Assembly (NCBI GenBank): GCA_051362555.1 | Contig: CM120640.1 | Span: forward strand, 14,198,001-14,262,000 | Direction: 5' to 3' | DNA length: 64,000 nt | DNA from: Lingula anatina | Taxonomy: Eukaryota > Animalia > Brachiopoda | Shown here: positions 63,500 to 64,000 of the stretch, in pieces | Layout of the letters: every line of letters begins with the position of its first letter | Numbering within the stretch: the first letter of the stretch is position 1 | Position numbers and translations under genes: made by a program | Notes under the pieces: generated by a model | What the model was told of the DNA's origin: nothing | What the model saw: only the letters and a program-made list of their open reading frames with translations | Databases searched by the model: none

Positions 63500-64000
63500 A
63501 GCAAGACAGCAAAGCTCTCAAATATACTGACATTTGAGAAAATAACAATGACAATGCACAAAATGGTCATTTTGTCAATTTTGATGTGATATTACATAGT
63601 GCTTACTGGCATAATTGCCACTCATTTTTGATTATACACTACAGGTAACACAGACATTCAGAAATGTAACTAGCACATGGCTCCAGGCCCATAGGAGTCA
63701 TACCTTGAAAATACCATTGTGTAAAAAATGAAATATTAAAAAATGCACAAGTTCAAGAAAAAGAATTCTATCACACTGTTTTTTTTAAACTCAAGCTGTA
63801 TTTTAGTCCTAAAATCATGCCAGTGAGTTTGAGAATAATAAAGTCACACAGTTTTCCTTTCAAACTGCTTACAGTGGTGATCACAAATAATGTTTTTGTT
63901 CATTTTGATCACAAAGTAATGTTTTGTCAATTTTGATGCAATGTTACATGATGCTTAACGGCATAATCACCACTAATTTTTAAACATACATTACAAATAG
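63500..64000 (-). mobile_element. Diverged third copy of the same HINE-like family (truncated by the window edge)
   Basis: GCAAGACAGCAAAGCTCTCAAATATACTGACA resembles the terminus at 611/2951; downstream blocks (GTCAATTTTGATG..ATTACAT, CAGGCCCAT..., CCTTGAAAAT) match those in copies 1 and 2. Confidence 0.65.

Overview
Eukaryotic (invertebrate animal, probably lophotrochozoan/mollusc-like) AT-rich, intron-rich genomic DNA. Two protein-coding genes can be reconstructed, both on the minus strand. (1) The 5' part of a FANCJ/BRIP1 Fe-S DEAH helicase gene: 16 coding exons between 544 and 13746 join in frame to 623 codons, and the gene runs off the left edge. (2) A complete six-exon Tbx2/3 (optomotor-blind-type) T-box gene, 24885-36365, about 661 aa. 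BRIP1 introns hold two Helentron/HINE-like non-autonomous elements and two decayed tyrosine-recombinase elements (Ngaro/DIRS-like and Crypton-like). About 14.5-48 kb is a CpG-retaining, transposon-poor domain around Tbx2/3, enriched in GGCGCC (Smad1/5 or Brinker-type) and T-box motifs. About 48-64 kb is CpG-poor non-coding DNA with minisatellites and no coding exon I can recognise. The most notable points are the Tbx2/3-BRIP1 linkage without an intervening Tbx4/5, an in-frame tandem splice donor inside the T-box, and conserved Cys clusters in the FANCJ insert. I see no convincing evidence of a wholly novel biological system. Comparisons with human and fly proteins are from memory, not from a search.
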